From a virus, in the IMG/VR virus record IMGVR_UViG_3300045988_159115: 64,000 bases of DNA; one strand, given 5' to 3'. A program made the position numbers and the translations under genes. Of the stretch, positions 9,962 through 17,414 are shown one piece after another (within the stretch, counting starts at the first letter, position 1; each line of letters starts with the position of its first letter). The notes under the pieces were generated by a model that had not been told where the DNA came from, did not search any database, and saw only the letters and a list, made by a program, of their open reading frames with translations.

Positions 9962-10339
9962 TTACTTCTGCATGGAGAGGTTGGGATCATGGCCAACTTC
10001 TTCAATCGTTGCATACCGAATCATGCTTTCTCCTTCTTCCGGAGAAAAATAGTTATTCACGACAGCAACGACGTACTTCTTGTCACGCTTATACTTCCGA
10101 TACTTAAGCTTCGTAATATCAGCGCCAACGTCACGATCGTCTGCCATAATCATAATACCGGTCGTTGTAGCAATGATATCACGGAACGCCTGATTATTCA
10201 GAATGCGTCCAGCGTGCTTGCCACTGATAGGCCGGATTGCATGATTTGTCATCGTAAGGGTACCATCTTCATTTCGATACCACATCTCAATGGACTGTGC
10301 AAAACGACCGAGCTCACGTAGGATAGTCTTCTTTGTCAT
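9962..10339 (-). CDS. hypothetical protein (125 aa)
   Basis: AAGGAGG lies 7 nt upstream of ATG 10339. No motif recognised. Its position just upstream of the giant gene matches that of a tail-assembly chaperone, but this is inference only. Confidence 0.7.
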   Translation of the reverse strand: MTKKTILRELGRFAQSIEMWYRNEDGTLTMTNHAIRPISGKHAGRILNNQAFRDIIATTTGIMIMADDRDVGADITKLKYRKYKRDKKYVVAVVNNYFSPEEGESMIRYATIEEVGHDPNLSMQK

Positions 10340-10394
10340 AGTAATTCCTCCTTAAGGATCATAGTAATTAGAATAAAGTCATCCATATAATATC

Positions 10395-10434
10395 AAAAAA
10401 GAAGGATACCTAACTGGATGTTAGGTCCTTCTTT
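10395..10434 (-). terminator. intrinsic terminator (twin of 56976-57016)
   Basis: Stem aagaaggatacctaac/gttaggtccttctt plus a T-run on the minus strand. Its reverse complement is nearly identical to the terminator at 56976-57016. Confidence 0.75.
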
Positions 10435-10445
10435 AAACCGCATAC

Positions 10446-10511
10446 TCAGTTCTTGAGCATGTAGTTCATAGTCCACACCAAAAGTGCGAGGTCGGCAAGT
10501 TTACGGAGCAT
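10446..10511 (-). CDS. possible 21-aa hydrophobic micro-protein (MLRKLADLALLVWTMNYMLKN)
   Basis: A perfect SD (AAAGGAGGAG) lies 7 nt upstream of ATG 10511, and the stop sits 10 nt before the terminator. The ORF fills an otherwise untranslated 115-nt gap. Confidence 0.35.
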   Translation of the reverse strand: MLRKLADLALLVWTMNYMLKN

Positions 10512-10560
10512 TATGACTCCTCCTTTCTTTTCATAATATAAATTCTGTGAGCGCAAGATA

Positions 10561-11079
10561 TCAGATAATCTTGAGCTCATAGCTGATGGCGTCAGTCCAG
10601 GCATTGGGCTTCTCACCATCAAATGAGATGAGTGCGTAATCGCCGCTATGACTACGATAGCGAACGACGCGGCCATCATCGTAAGAAGAGCACTGGCTCG
10701 CGATGTACTCTTTAGCAGAGGTCTCACCGCCAACGAAATTGGTAACCGCTCTCTGCGTTGCTTCATAATGGCCATCGGCTTTCTTTACAAGGGTCCAGGT
10801 GGTCAGGATCGCGCTGTGCTTGCCCTCCTTACGAAGGTCACGCTTAGCAATCGAAACCGTGCCGATATTGCAGCGAGCACGCTCCCACAGCTCTTCACGA
10901 GTCATGGGCTGAAGCGGGAAGTTTGCTTTACGTGCACGAGAACGCATAGCCATAAGATTAGCGAACTCGTAAGCGCTACGTGCTTCGTAGCTGGTGGCCA
11001 TCTCAATCAGACCATCAACAGCCAGGCAGCCGAAAGCAAACTTAGCGATAGAACGAACCTTAGAAGAATTGATAGACAT
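10561..11079 (-). CDS. hypothetical protein (172 aa)
   Basis: The track ORF starts at 11118, but GGAAGGAG precedes ATG 11079 (MSINSSKVRS...). No motif recognised. Confidence 0.7.
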   Translation of the reverse strand: MSINSSKVRSIAKFAFGCLAVDGLIEMATSYEARSAYEFANLMAMRSRARKANFPLQPMTREELWERARCNIGTVSIAKRDLRKEGKHSAILTTWTLVKKADGHYEATQRAVTNFVGGETSAKEYIASQCSSYDDGRVVRYRSHSGDYALISFDGEKPNAWTDAISYELKII

Positions 11080-11172
11080 AGTAAACTCCTTCCGACCCTC
11101 TATTCTTATGAGGATCATACAAATGATTTATTTTAAGCAAGGTATTTATTATTCCTTGCTTTCTTTCACCAA

Positions 11173-11182
11173 TATAATATAT
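11173..11182 (-). promoter_or_regulatory. ATATATTATA promoter-like motif (P2)
   Basis: Gene-orientation sequence is AATGATATATTATATT, 94 nt upstream of ATG 11079. Confidence 0.4.
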
Positions 11183-11207
11183 CATTATTTTTAAAGAATA
11201 TACGGAT

Positions 11208-11256
11208 AAAAACAAAAAAGAAAGACTAGAAGATTTTGCAGGTCTTCTAGTCTTTG
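11208..11256 (-). terminator. intrinsic terminator
   Basis: Stem aaagactagaaga/tcttctagtcttt, followed on the minus strand by TCTTTTTTGTTTTT. Confidence 0.75.
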
Positions 11257-11261
11257 CTGAG

Positions 11262-11453
11262 TTACTTATCTACTTCTTTGTGAGATTCTGGAGTAGATAA
11301 GGAGGAATCTTCACGTTTCGATTTTACACGGGTCCAGTGAAGATCCTCAACTGGGGTAACGGTTATGGACCCGTCTAAGTCTATAACTCTACCTCCTTCC
11401 AAATTCATATAGATGAATGCGAGTGTTTCATTTGAGAAGATATGCATAATCAT
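11262..11453 (-). CDS. hypothetical small protein (63 aa; alternative start at 11447)
   Basis: AAAGGAG lies upstream and the ORF sits between promoter motif P3 and a terminator. Confidence 0.5.
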   Translation of the reverse strand: MIMHIFSNETLAFIYMNLEGGRVIDLDGSITVTPVEDLHWTRVKSKREDSSLSTPESHKEVDK

Positions 11454-11510
11454 GGCTCCTTTGCAGAAGTAAATTTGTATATCCCATCATCCTAACACTG
11501 CATTCATCTA

Positions 11511-11520
11511 TATAATATAT
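11511..11520 (-). promoter_or_regulatory. ATATATTATA promoter-like motif (P3)
   Basis: Gene-orientation sequence is AATGATATATTATATAG, 58 nt upstream of ATG 11453. Confidence 0.45.
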
Positions 11521-11737
11521 CATTTTAATTTCAATCTACCGAAAAACACATCGGTAATGAATGAATATGTTGCCAGTAGCTCTTTTCCATACCAAGTCGC
11601 GCTGGTCGGAGAGTAAAAACCTCAGAAGCATTCATAAACTTCAATATCCCATTTGCTGTTGCGCATCTTCATTGGGAAACCTTTCAGGTTGACGAGAGAG
11701 TATGTTTAAGCTTCCATACTCTCTCGTCTTCCCACCC

Positions 11738-11798
11738 AAAAAAATACAAAAAAGACGGCTGCCACGAATTACTCATAATCGAGTTTCGTGGCAGCCGT
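11738..11798 (-). terminator. intrinsic terminator
   Basis: 14-bp stem acggctgccacgaa/ttcgtggcagccgt, followed on the minus strand by TCTTTTTTGTATTTTTTT. Confidence 0.85.
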
Positions 11799-11828
11799 AA
11801 AAGCTGCTTAGTTATATCGCAACCAAGA

Positions 11829-12416
11829 TTACTTCTTGGTCACGTTCTTGAGGCGGGTCTTCATCCAGTTGGGGCAACCAGACTTCACAGTAGCCTCCCA
11901 ATGGGGCTTCATGTCAGTCTGGTAAGTACCCAGAGTTTCGCCGGTGGAGGGGTTCAGCAGGGTACCCTTCTTCGTCTTTGCATCGACATGCTTCATGCCG
12001 ATGGATGCCTTGAAGTCCTTCTTCGGCAGCAGATCGAAGCGATGTGCGCCCTCGCACATGTACTCGTACATGGCGGTAGCGAAGAACTCGTACAGGCCAT
12101 CGACGTTGTCGAAGGTGAAGTCCTTGGTCAGGACAATGGCGCTCTCGTTCTTGTCGATGCCGGCCTTCTCGAGGACCTTCTGCAGGAACTTGCGGAAGCC
12201 CTCTGTGACCTTGATCTCCTCGACGCTCTTGAGCTCACCCTTGGAGGTCAGAGCGACCTTGGTAGTGAAGTCAGTGTCGTTCAGCATAGCACGCATGAGG
12301 TCATTGAAAGACTTCTGGCTGAAACGAGCCAGATTGCGCTTGCCGTTCTCCTTCACTTCAGGATTGGGCTTAATGTTATTGAGAACTTCAGCCACGGACA
12401 GAATTTCCTTAGACAT
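11829..12416 (-). CDS. hypothetical abundant protein (195 aa); the C-terminal half resembles the DNABII (HU/IHF/TF1) beta-arm
   Basis: SD is TAAGGAG. Codons end strongly in C/G, unlike neighbouring genes, and a very strong terminator follows. The stretch AKTKKGTLLNPSTGETL...VKSG resembles the HU motif R.GRNP.TGE......K.G. A tail-module structural role by position is an alternative. Confidence 0.55.
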   Translation of the reverse strand: MSKEILSVAEVLNNIKPNPEVKENGKRNLARFSQKSFNDLMRAMLNDTDFTTKVALTSKGELKSVEEIKVTEGFRKFLQKVLEKAGIDKNESAIVLTKDFTFDNVDGLYEFFATAMYEYMCEGAHRFDLLPKKDFKASIGMKHVDAKTKKGTLLNPSTGETLGTYQTDMKPHWEATVKSGCPNWMKTRLKNVTKK

Positions 12417-12479
12417 ACTTTATATCTCCTTACTTATTATATTTGAACAGCTTAATGCTATTCCAGTTTTACTTACAAG

Positions 12480-12653
12480 TTATGAAGCTGATTTTTTATT
12501 ACGCTTCTTTCCCTTGTGCGATTTGGACTTCTCTTCGGGATGATCGTCTTCATACTCAAGACGTCCGACTGAAAAATCGAATACGTCCTTGAGAGTGAAG
12601 TCATCATAGTTCTTCCCGAAGAATTCTTTTGCTTGTTTCTTTTGACTAGACAT
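12480..12653 (-). CDS. hypothetical small charged protein (57 aa)
   Basis: AAGGAGG lies 11 nt upstream of ATG 12653 (MSSQKKQAKEFF...). The longer track start at 12734 lacks an SD. Confidence 0.55.
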   Translation of the reverse strand: MSSQKKQAKEFFGKNYDDFTLKDVFDFSVGRLEYEDDHPEEKSKSHKGKKRNKKSAS

Positions 12654-12669
12654 CCATATCAATACCTCC

Positions 12670-12909
12670 TTAATCCTGGATTTCCATGTTATCCATGAGC
12701 TGCGAGTCGATGCTTGCCACGGTAACCGTAACAATCGACGAAACTGCCATGGTAGCAGCAGATGCTACCTGGACCTTCTTCAGCATCTTACGCTGCTTCC
12801 GATGGAACTTGGGAGTGTTCTCCAAGGCAATCGTAGATCCCACATACACAGAACCTGCAATTGCCGCAGTAGACGAAGTTGCAAGGACAACCTTAGACGT
12901 ATCAACCAT
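12670..12909 (-). CDS. small two-TM membrane protein (79 aa)
   Basis: GGAGG lies 7 nt upstream of ATG 12909 (MVDTSKV...). There are two hydrophobic segments, VVLATSSTAAIAGSVYVGSTIAL and VASAATMAVSSIVTVTVASI. Confidence 0.6.
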   Translation of the reverse strand: MVDTSKVVLATSSTAAIAGSVYVGSTIALENTPKFHRKQRKMLKKVQVASAATMAVSSIVTVTVASIDSQLMDNMEIQD

Positions 12910-12952
12910 AATTATACCTCCAATCATTCATGGGATTGCTTTACGTCTTAAG

Positions 12953-12962
12953 TATAATATAT
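12953..12962 (-). promoter_or_regulatory. ATATATTATA promoter-like motif (P4)
   Basis: Gene-orientation sequence is AATGATATATTATACTTAAG, 44 nt upstream of ATG 12909. It shares a 16-mer with P10. Confidence 0.45.
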
Positions 12963-13045
12963 CATTAAAAACGAGAACTAAAAACTTATCCATTATCAAA
13001 CCATTAAGTAGTTAAGGACATGAATGGTAGATTAAGGAGGTATAT

Positions 13046-14062
13046 ATGAAACGCCCAACTATTGAAGAAAAGATTCGATCCACAATAACTGGATTTGATC
13101 TAATCTGCTATCCACGAAACTCAAATTTCATTTATAGGTTCAATCAGGTAATTCATAAGATTGATACGTTTGATGGGGAAGACAAGTATCAGATAAAGCA
13201 AGTCCATCATACCATAAAGGAAGATGGATTCTTGACATACTACGTATCAAAATTATCCTTCTTTATGAGTTTTGGAAATACTCTTGACGAAGGCGGATTT
13301 GAACGATTCACGATCAAATTAACCGATATTAATCCTTATAATCTTTTCGGTGCAAATTCGATTTTGCATGGAATAAATGATTCCACGTATGAAGACTCAG
13401 CTGCTCCTTATGTGGAATTAATGGACTTCTTGAAATACATCGGATACTATTCATCCGACGATTCGGAAGACAAACCGAAAGATCAATGGCTTCTGAAAAA
13501 TGTGATTTGCTCTCAAGACTTCTATGTCAATGGACATCCAGAGTTCTATCTGGAGCTTTTCAGAAGAGTTGCTATAGAAGCAAGCTCCAAGCAAGTTTCC
13601 AATGAAAAAGGATATAATTGGAATGATCAATGGGACGATGATATCGTATCAATTCGACTCGTCCATTTGAAAAAGCTTGCAAAGAAATATAATAATTTCC
13701 TTGAAGATAATAAACTGACTCCAGTGAAAAAGAAAGAATTAAAACTCTGCGAAAATCGTCTTAGATTTCAGGTGTGTCTCAAAACACCTCAGATAATCCG
13801 TCAGTTCTCAAATACGACAGACGGAAATCTTCTCTTGGAAATCTTAAGCGGAAAATATCAGACAGCAGTTGCTCTGATTGAGTATGCCGATAAATATTTC
13901 TCTGATAAAAAGTGGATTCTTTCTGATCACAATTCTATTCCAAAGAGAATTCAGGATGAGTATATTATCATCAATGGAGATAACTTCGACAAAACCTTTA
14001 CAAAGCTTTTCTATAGCTGGAAAACTTGCAAAGCAAATATGTCTCAATACGTAGTCTTATAA
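13046..14062 (+). CDS. hypothetical protein (338 aa); a lone plus-strand, A/T-rich gene inside a minus-strand block
   Basis: TAAGGAGG lies upstream of ATG 13046 and the gene has its own terminator. No catalytic motif recognised. Confidence 0.7.
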   Translation: MKRPTIEEKIRSTITGFDLICYPRNSNFIYRFNQVIHKIDTFDGEDKYQIKQVHHTIKEDGFLTYYVSKLSFFMSFGNTLDEGGFERFTIKLTDINPYNLFGANSILHGINDSTYEDSAAPYVELMDFLKYIGYYSSDDSEDKPKDQWLLKNVICSQDFYVNGHPEFYLELFRRVAIEASSKQVSNEKGYNWNDQWDDDIVSIRLVHLKKLAKKYNNFLEDNKLTPVKKKELKLCENRLRFQVCLKTPQIIRQFSNTTDGNLLLEILSGKYQTAVALIEYADKYFSDKKWILSDHNSIPKRIQDEYIIINGDNFDKTFTKLFYSWKTCKANMSQYVVL

Positions 14063-14066
14063 TAAA

Positions 14067-14110
14067 ATGACCATAGACAGTTTCTTTCGATTCTGTCTAT
14101 GGTCATTTTC
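14067..14110 (+). terminator. intrinsic terminator
   Basis: Stem atgaccatagacag/ctgtctatggtcat followed by TTT. Confidence 0.75.
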
Positions 14111-14401
14111 ATGTCTAGAAATAAATGACGTACTTCAATTCTCAGAGGATAACGGCCTCCTGGCGAACTGAATTTCTTTCTTCAGCCATAACCGCCATTG
14201 AGTACAAAAGAAGGCGATAGTCATTTAAATCAGTGACGCAAAGGTCGCTTATATGACTCGTACTATCAGTCATTCTACCTCTGGGATACCGACACCAGTC
14301 TCAAATGAATAACTTATACATCGAATGCATAAGTCCAAGGATAATAAAAGTTTCCACAAACGAATTCTTCGCTAACAAATTGTATTCGGTATCCGGATAA
14401 A

Positions 14402-15319
14402 TTACGACGCAGAGAAATGCTTATCCTCTTTGTGGTCTTCCTTATCAGCTGTGCCAGCCATGGGAAGATTCTTTACCCACATCTCAAGAGAATCCATATA
14501 CTTCTGCTTCCACTTGCTCATCTGATTCGGATCATCATTCTCACTCATAGGCTTCACATACAGAGCCTTGAAGCCATTATCGAGAACCTTCCACTCCCAA
14601 TACTTCGGAGTCGTATTGAAGCGATAATCCTTTGAAAAGACGATACGTGCAGACGATGCTGTCTTACCGTTGATGACGCCATCCTTATTTCGGTCTCTCT
14701 TAAAATGAGAATCCATATAACCGGGAGAAGAATACTTCACACGGTAACCCTTACCCTCAAGTGCAACAACGATGTGCTTGATCGGATCAGGAGTCTTCTC
14801 ATTGGAATCGTCATTATTCGCATCAGCTTCAAAGAAACCTTTAAACATGGAATCCACAAGATTCGTACTTTCCATTTTTAACTCATCTCCTTTGATATAT
14901 TTCTTCAAGCGGTTCTTTTCTCCAATTACGTCTATAGTAATAGAGTACTCTTTCATTTTCTCGAAGATTGCCTTAGCTAGTTGTTTTTCGTGCTGTTTGT
15001 CAACACGGTTAAACATCTGAATTGCAAGAAGTACATGCTTTTTATCCGGCATGGGATACTTCTTTAATTCAGGAATTCCATAGTCAGACAAAGCAACTTT
15101 ACTGCGATCCAGCTTTGCTTCCAGAGTAAAATTCAAACTCTGATTAGCAAGTTCATTCGTTCTCCGAATCAGATCGTCTACGGTTACTTTGTCATATTCA
15201 TGCTTTCCACAACTACCACTTAGATCAATCGTAGGAAGCATTGCGCCTACAGAATATTCATTCAATTCATCATCTGAAATCTGAGTAGATGAATCATCAA
15301 ATACTGAAATATTTTTCAT
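14402..15319 (-). CDS. hypothetical protein (305 aa)
   Basis: GAAAGGAG lies upstream of ATG 15319. No enzymatic motif recognised. Confidence 0.7.
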   Translation of the reverse strand: MKNISVFDDSSTQISDDELNEYSVGAMLPTIDLSGSCGKHEYDKVTVDDLIRRTNELANQSLNFTLEAKLDRSKVALSDYGIPELKKYPMPDKKHVLLAIQMFNRVDKQHEKQLAKAIFEKMKEYSITIDVIGEKNRLKKYIKGDELKMESTNLVDSMFKGFFEADANNDDSNEKTPDPIKHIVVALEGKGYRVKYSSPGYMDSHFKRDRNKDGVINGKTASSARIVFSKDYRFNTTPKYWEWKVLDNGFKALYVKPMSENDDPNQMSKWKQKYMDSLEMWVKNLPMAGTADKEDHKEDKHFSAS

Positions 15320-15360
15320 GGATTACGATTTCTCCTTTCTATTAAAATTAGTATATAGTC

Positions 15361-15412
15361 AAAACAGAAATAACCCCAGTGTAGCATGATGGAAACTACA
15401 CTGGGGTTATTT
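15361..15412 (-). terminator. intrinsic terminator
   Basis: 17-bp stem aaataaccccagtgtag/ctacactggggttattt. Confidence 0.75.
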
Positions 15413-15483
15413 ACTGATGGTAGGACATAGATAGATTGAAGTTATGGAAACCTTCGACCCTATCAAAATGTTACTGTAGTAAT

Positions 15484-16671
15484 TTATTGAGAAAGAAGAT
15501 ATCGCTTCACATCTTCTGGAGCAATTTCTTTTCCATACTCATCCTTGATGAAATAACTTACTTTATCTTCTGTAGATAGATTATCATCAAAGATAAATCC
15601 ATACTTATTCTTCATTGCAGTCAAAACTTCTTTATCTGCTTTATACTGAGAGGAAGCTTTCAAATTCTTCACTGCAATTTTAACGGATGGGTTATTCTTA
15701 TATCGCTCTCCAATAATTTTTGTAAAAGCTGTATCTTCTTGGTAATCTTCTGGGATATTAAAAACGTATCGAGTATGCTCAACACCAAGATCTTGATTGA
15801 CAGAATCCATTCTACCGAGAGTATCTATCAGCTCTTCTTGAGAAGAGTAAATATTGCTTCCTTTGGAAAACTGAATGGTATTAAATTTTGGAGCAAGTTC
15901 ATTCACAATAAATTCGTTTTCATACCTAGACTTACTAGGAGTAAATGTAAGATGATAAAAGCCTTTTTGCTCTTCTTCACCAAACTGCCACCTACTGTAG
16001 CTCCCTACATAATGAACGGTATCACGAATTGTAGAGTGAATGTGATAATGACCAAAATAGACTTCTCCATTACAAGCGTCCATCAATTCTTCTGATGAAA
16101 ATACTGGAACTTTCTTTCTACTACTGCTCTCATTAGAAGATTTGATAGATACCATAATATCATTGATCACTCCATGACCAAAAATATAGTCATAAGAATT
16201 TTCAGAATAGAGGTAATCTTTATAAAAATCTTCTTTTGATACCATGTATTCTTCTGGAAGATATAATACATGCATATCTGGTAGAAGTTCTTCATCAGAA
16301 ACTGATTTTATGATTCTGAAGTCAATATCTTTTCTGTCTTTATAGACATCAAAAATTCCATATTGATTTGATTCATGAGATTCTGTACCATAGATAATCC
16401 GAATTGGACAGAATTCTCCACAATCTGGATTCGTATGTCTCTTTGCAATTTCTACTACTTGATTCATAAATTCAATTGCATAAGAAACTGAATCATCATT
16501 TAATGAAAGTCTTTTATCAAAATAATCTCCATCAAAGATAATGAAGTTTAATTGATCCATAGATTCTATATATTGAAGAAAAACTTCTTCTAATTCTCTT
16601 TTTAGATGAGTAATATTAGTAGATCCAAAATGAATATCTGCTATTACTACTCCTTCATATTTTTTCTTCAT
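15484..16671 (-). CDS. Mre11/SbcD-like (T4 gp47-like) metallophosphoesterase nuclease (395 aa)
   Basis: Calcineurin-like phosphoesterase motifs occur in order: VVIADIHFG, IFDGDYFD, YGTESHE, FGHGV, FGHYHIH. The start is moved to ATG 16671 (MKKKYEG...), which is preceded by AAGGTGA. Confidence 0.8.
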   Translation of the reverse strand: MKKKYEGVVIADIHFGSTNITHLKRELEEVFLQYIESMDQLNFIIFDGDYFDKRLSLNDDSVSYAIEFMNQVVEIAKRHTNPDCGEFCPIRIIYGTESHESNQYGIFDVYKDRKDIDFRIIKSVSDEELLPDMHVLYLPEEYMVSKEDFYKDYLYSENSYDYIFGHGVINDIMVSIKSSNESSSRKKVPVFSSEELMDACNGEVYFGHYHIHSTIRDTVHYVGSYSRWQFGEEEQKGFYHLTFTPSKSRYENEFIVNELAPKFNTIQFSKGSNIYSSQEELIDTLGRMDSVNQDLGVEHTRYVFNIPEDYQEDTAFTKIIGERYKNNPSVKIAVKNLKASSQYKADKEVLTAMKNKYGFIFDDNLSTEDKVSYFIKDEYGKEIAPEDVKRYLLSQ

Positions 16672-17103
16672 AGATTTCACCTTTTTATCTTTATAGATTA
16701 TTTTTACGTAGAAGAAGAAATCTATACTCACTTATATTATATATTTTATATTATATATTTCGCCTCTCAAAAAATTTTTAAAAACATTTCATCATTTTTT
16801 CATAGATTGCTAGTTATATTAATTATTATAGGTTGAGATATATGAAAAAACGTTAAAATGTTTAAAGTGAAAAATAGAGAAATCAATAAAGTTCTAAGGG
16901 TAAGTAAAAATCATAAAAATTTCACTTCTATTTTTTGGAAATTTTTTCATCTATTTTGGGGTAAAATTTGGTAGAAATTGATCGAATCTAAAAATTCGGA
17001 ATCAACTTCTACCAAAAAATTCAAAAATTGGGGCAAAAAAAGACTCGAGCGCTTGAACAGGACACCGAGTCAAAAATCGCCGCGACCTGACATGCATTCG
17101 CGA

Positions 17104-17200
17104 CTTACTTCTTTTTTCTTTTCTTTCATTTATTCTAATTTCTTTTTCTTCTTTTCTCTCTTTTTCTTTCTTCTTATTCACTTTCTATTCTTGTATTATT
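17104..17200. repeat. polypyrimidine (plus strand) / polypurine (minus strand) tract of about 100 nt
   Basis: The sequence cttacttcttttttcttttctttcatttattctaatttctttttcttcttttctctctttttctttcttcttattcactttctattcttgtatt is almost entirely C/T on the plus strand. Confidence 0.9.
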
Positions 17201-17345
17201 AGATGACCATATCTTTTCCCCCCTTCAGTCAGAATTATTTTTTACTACGAATTGGTCAGTATGACGTAGCAATCTGCCCCGGGGCGATACGGGCATGACT
17301 AAGATAACGATTAGCCAGCGAATTAGATATATATGAGAGATATGA

Positions 17346-17397
17346 TGAAAAATAATTAGCATACATAATTACTCTTATGTATGCTAATTATTATTTT
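17346..17397 (-). terminator. intrinsic terminator after the fibre-like gene
   Basis: 18-bp stem aataattagcatacataa/ttatgtatgctaattatt plus a T-run on the minus strand. Confidence 0.8.
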
Positions 17398-17414
17398 AAA
17401 ATACAATTGTATTT

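Noticed and set aside
10446-10775. The overlapping 109-aa ORF might be the -1 frameshift (G/GT-type) extension of a tail-assembly chaperone upstream of the tape-measure-like gene.
   Set aside because: There is no XXXYYYZ slippery heptamer near the end of 10561-11079. The distal part is better explained by an independent 21-codon ORF with its own perfect SD.
16978-17202. A 74-aa track ORF ending in FFFSFIYSNFFFFFSLFFFLLIHFLFLYY. The ORF at 16606-16836 is a similar case.
   Set aside because: It is a translation of the polypyrimidine tract and A/T-rich spacer, and it has no SD.
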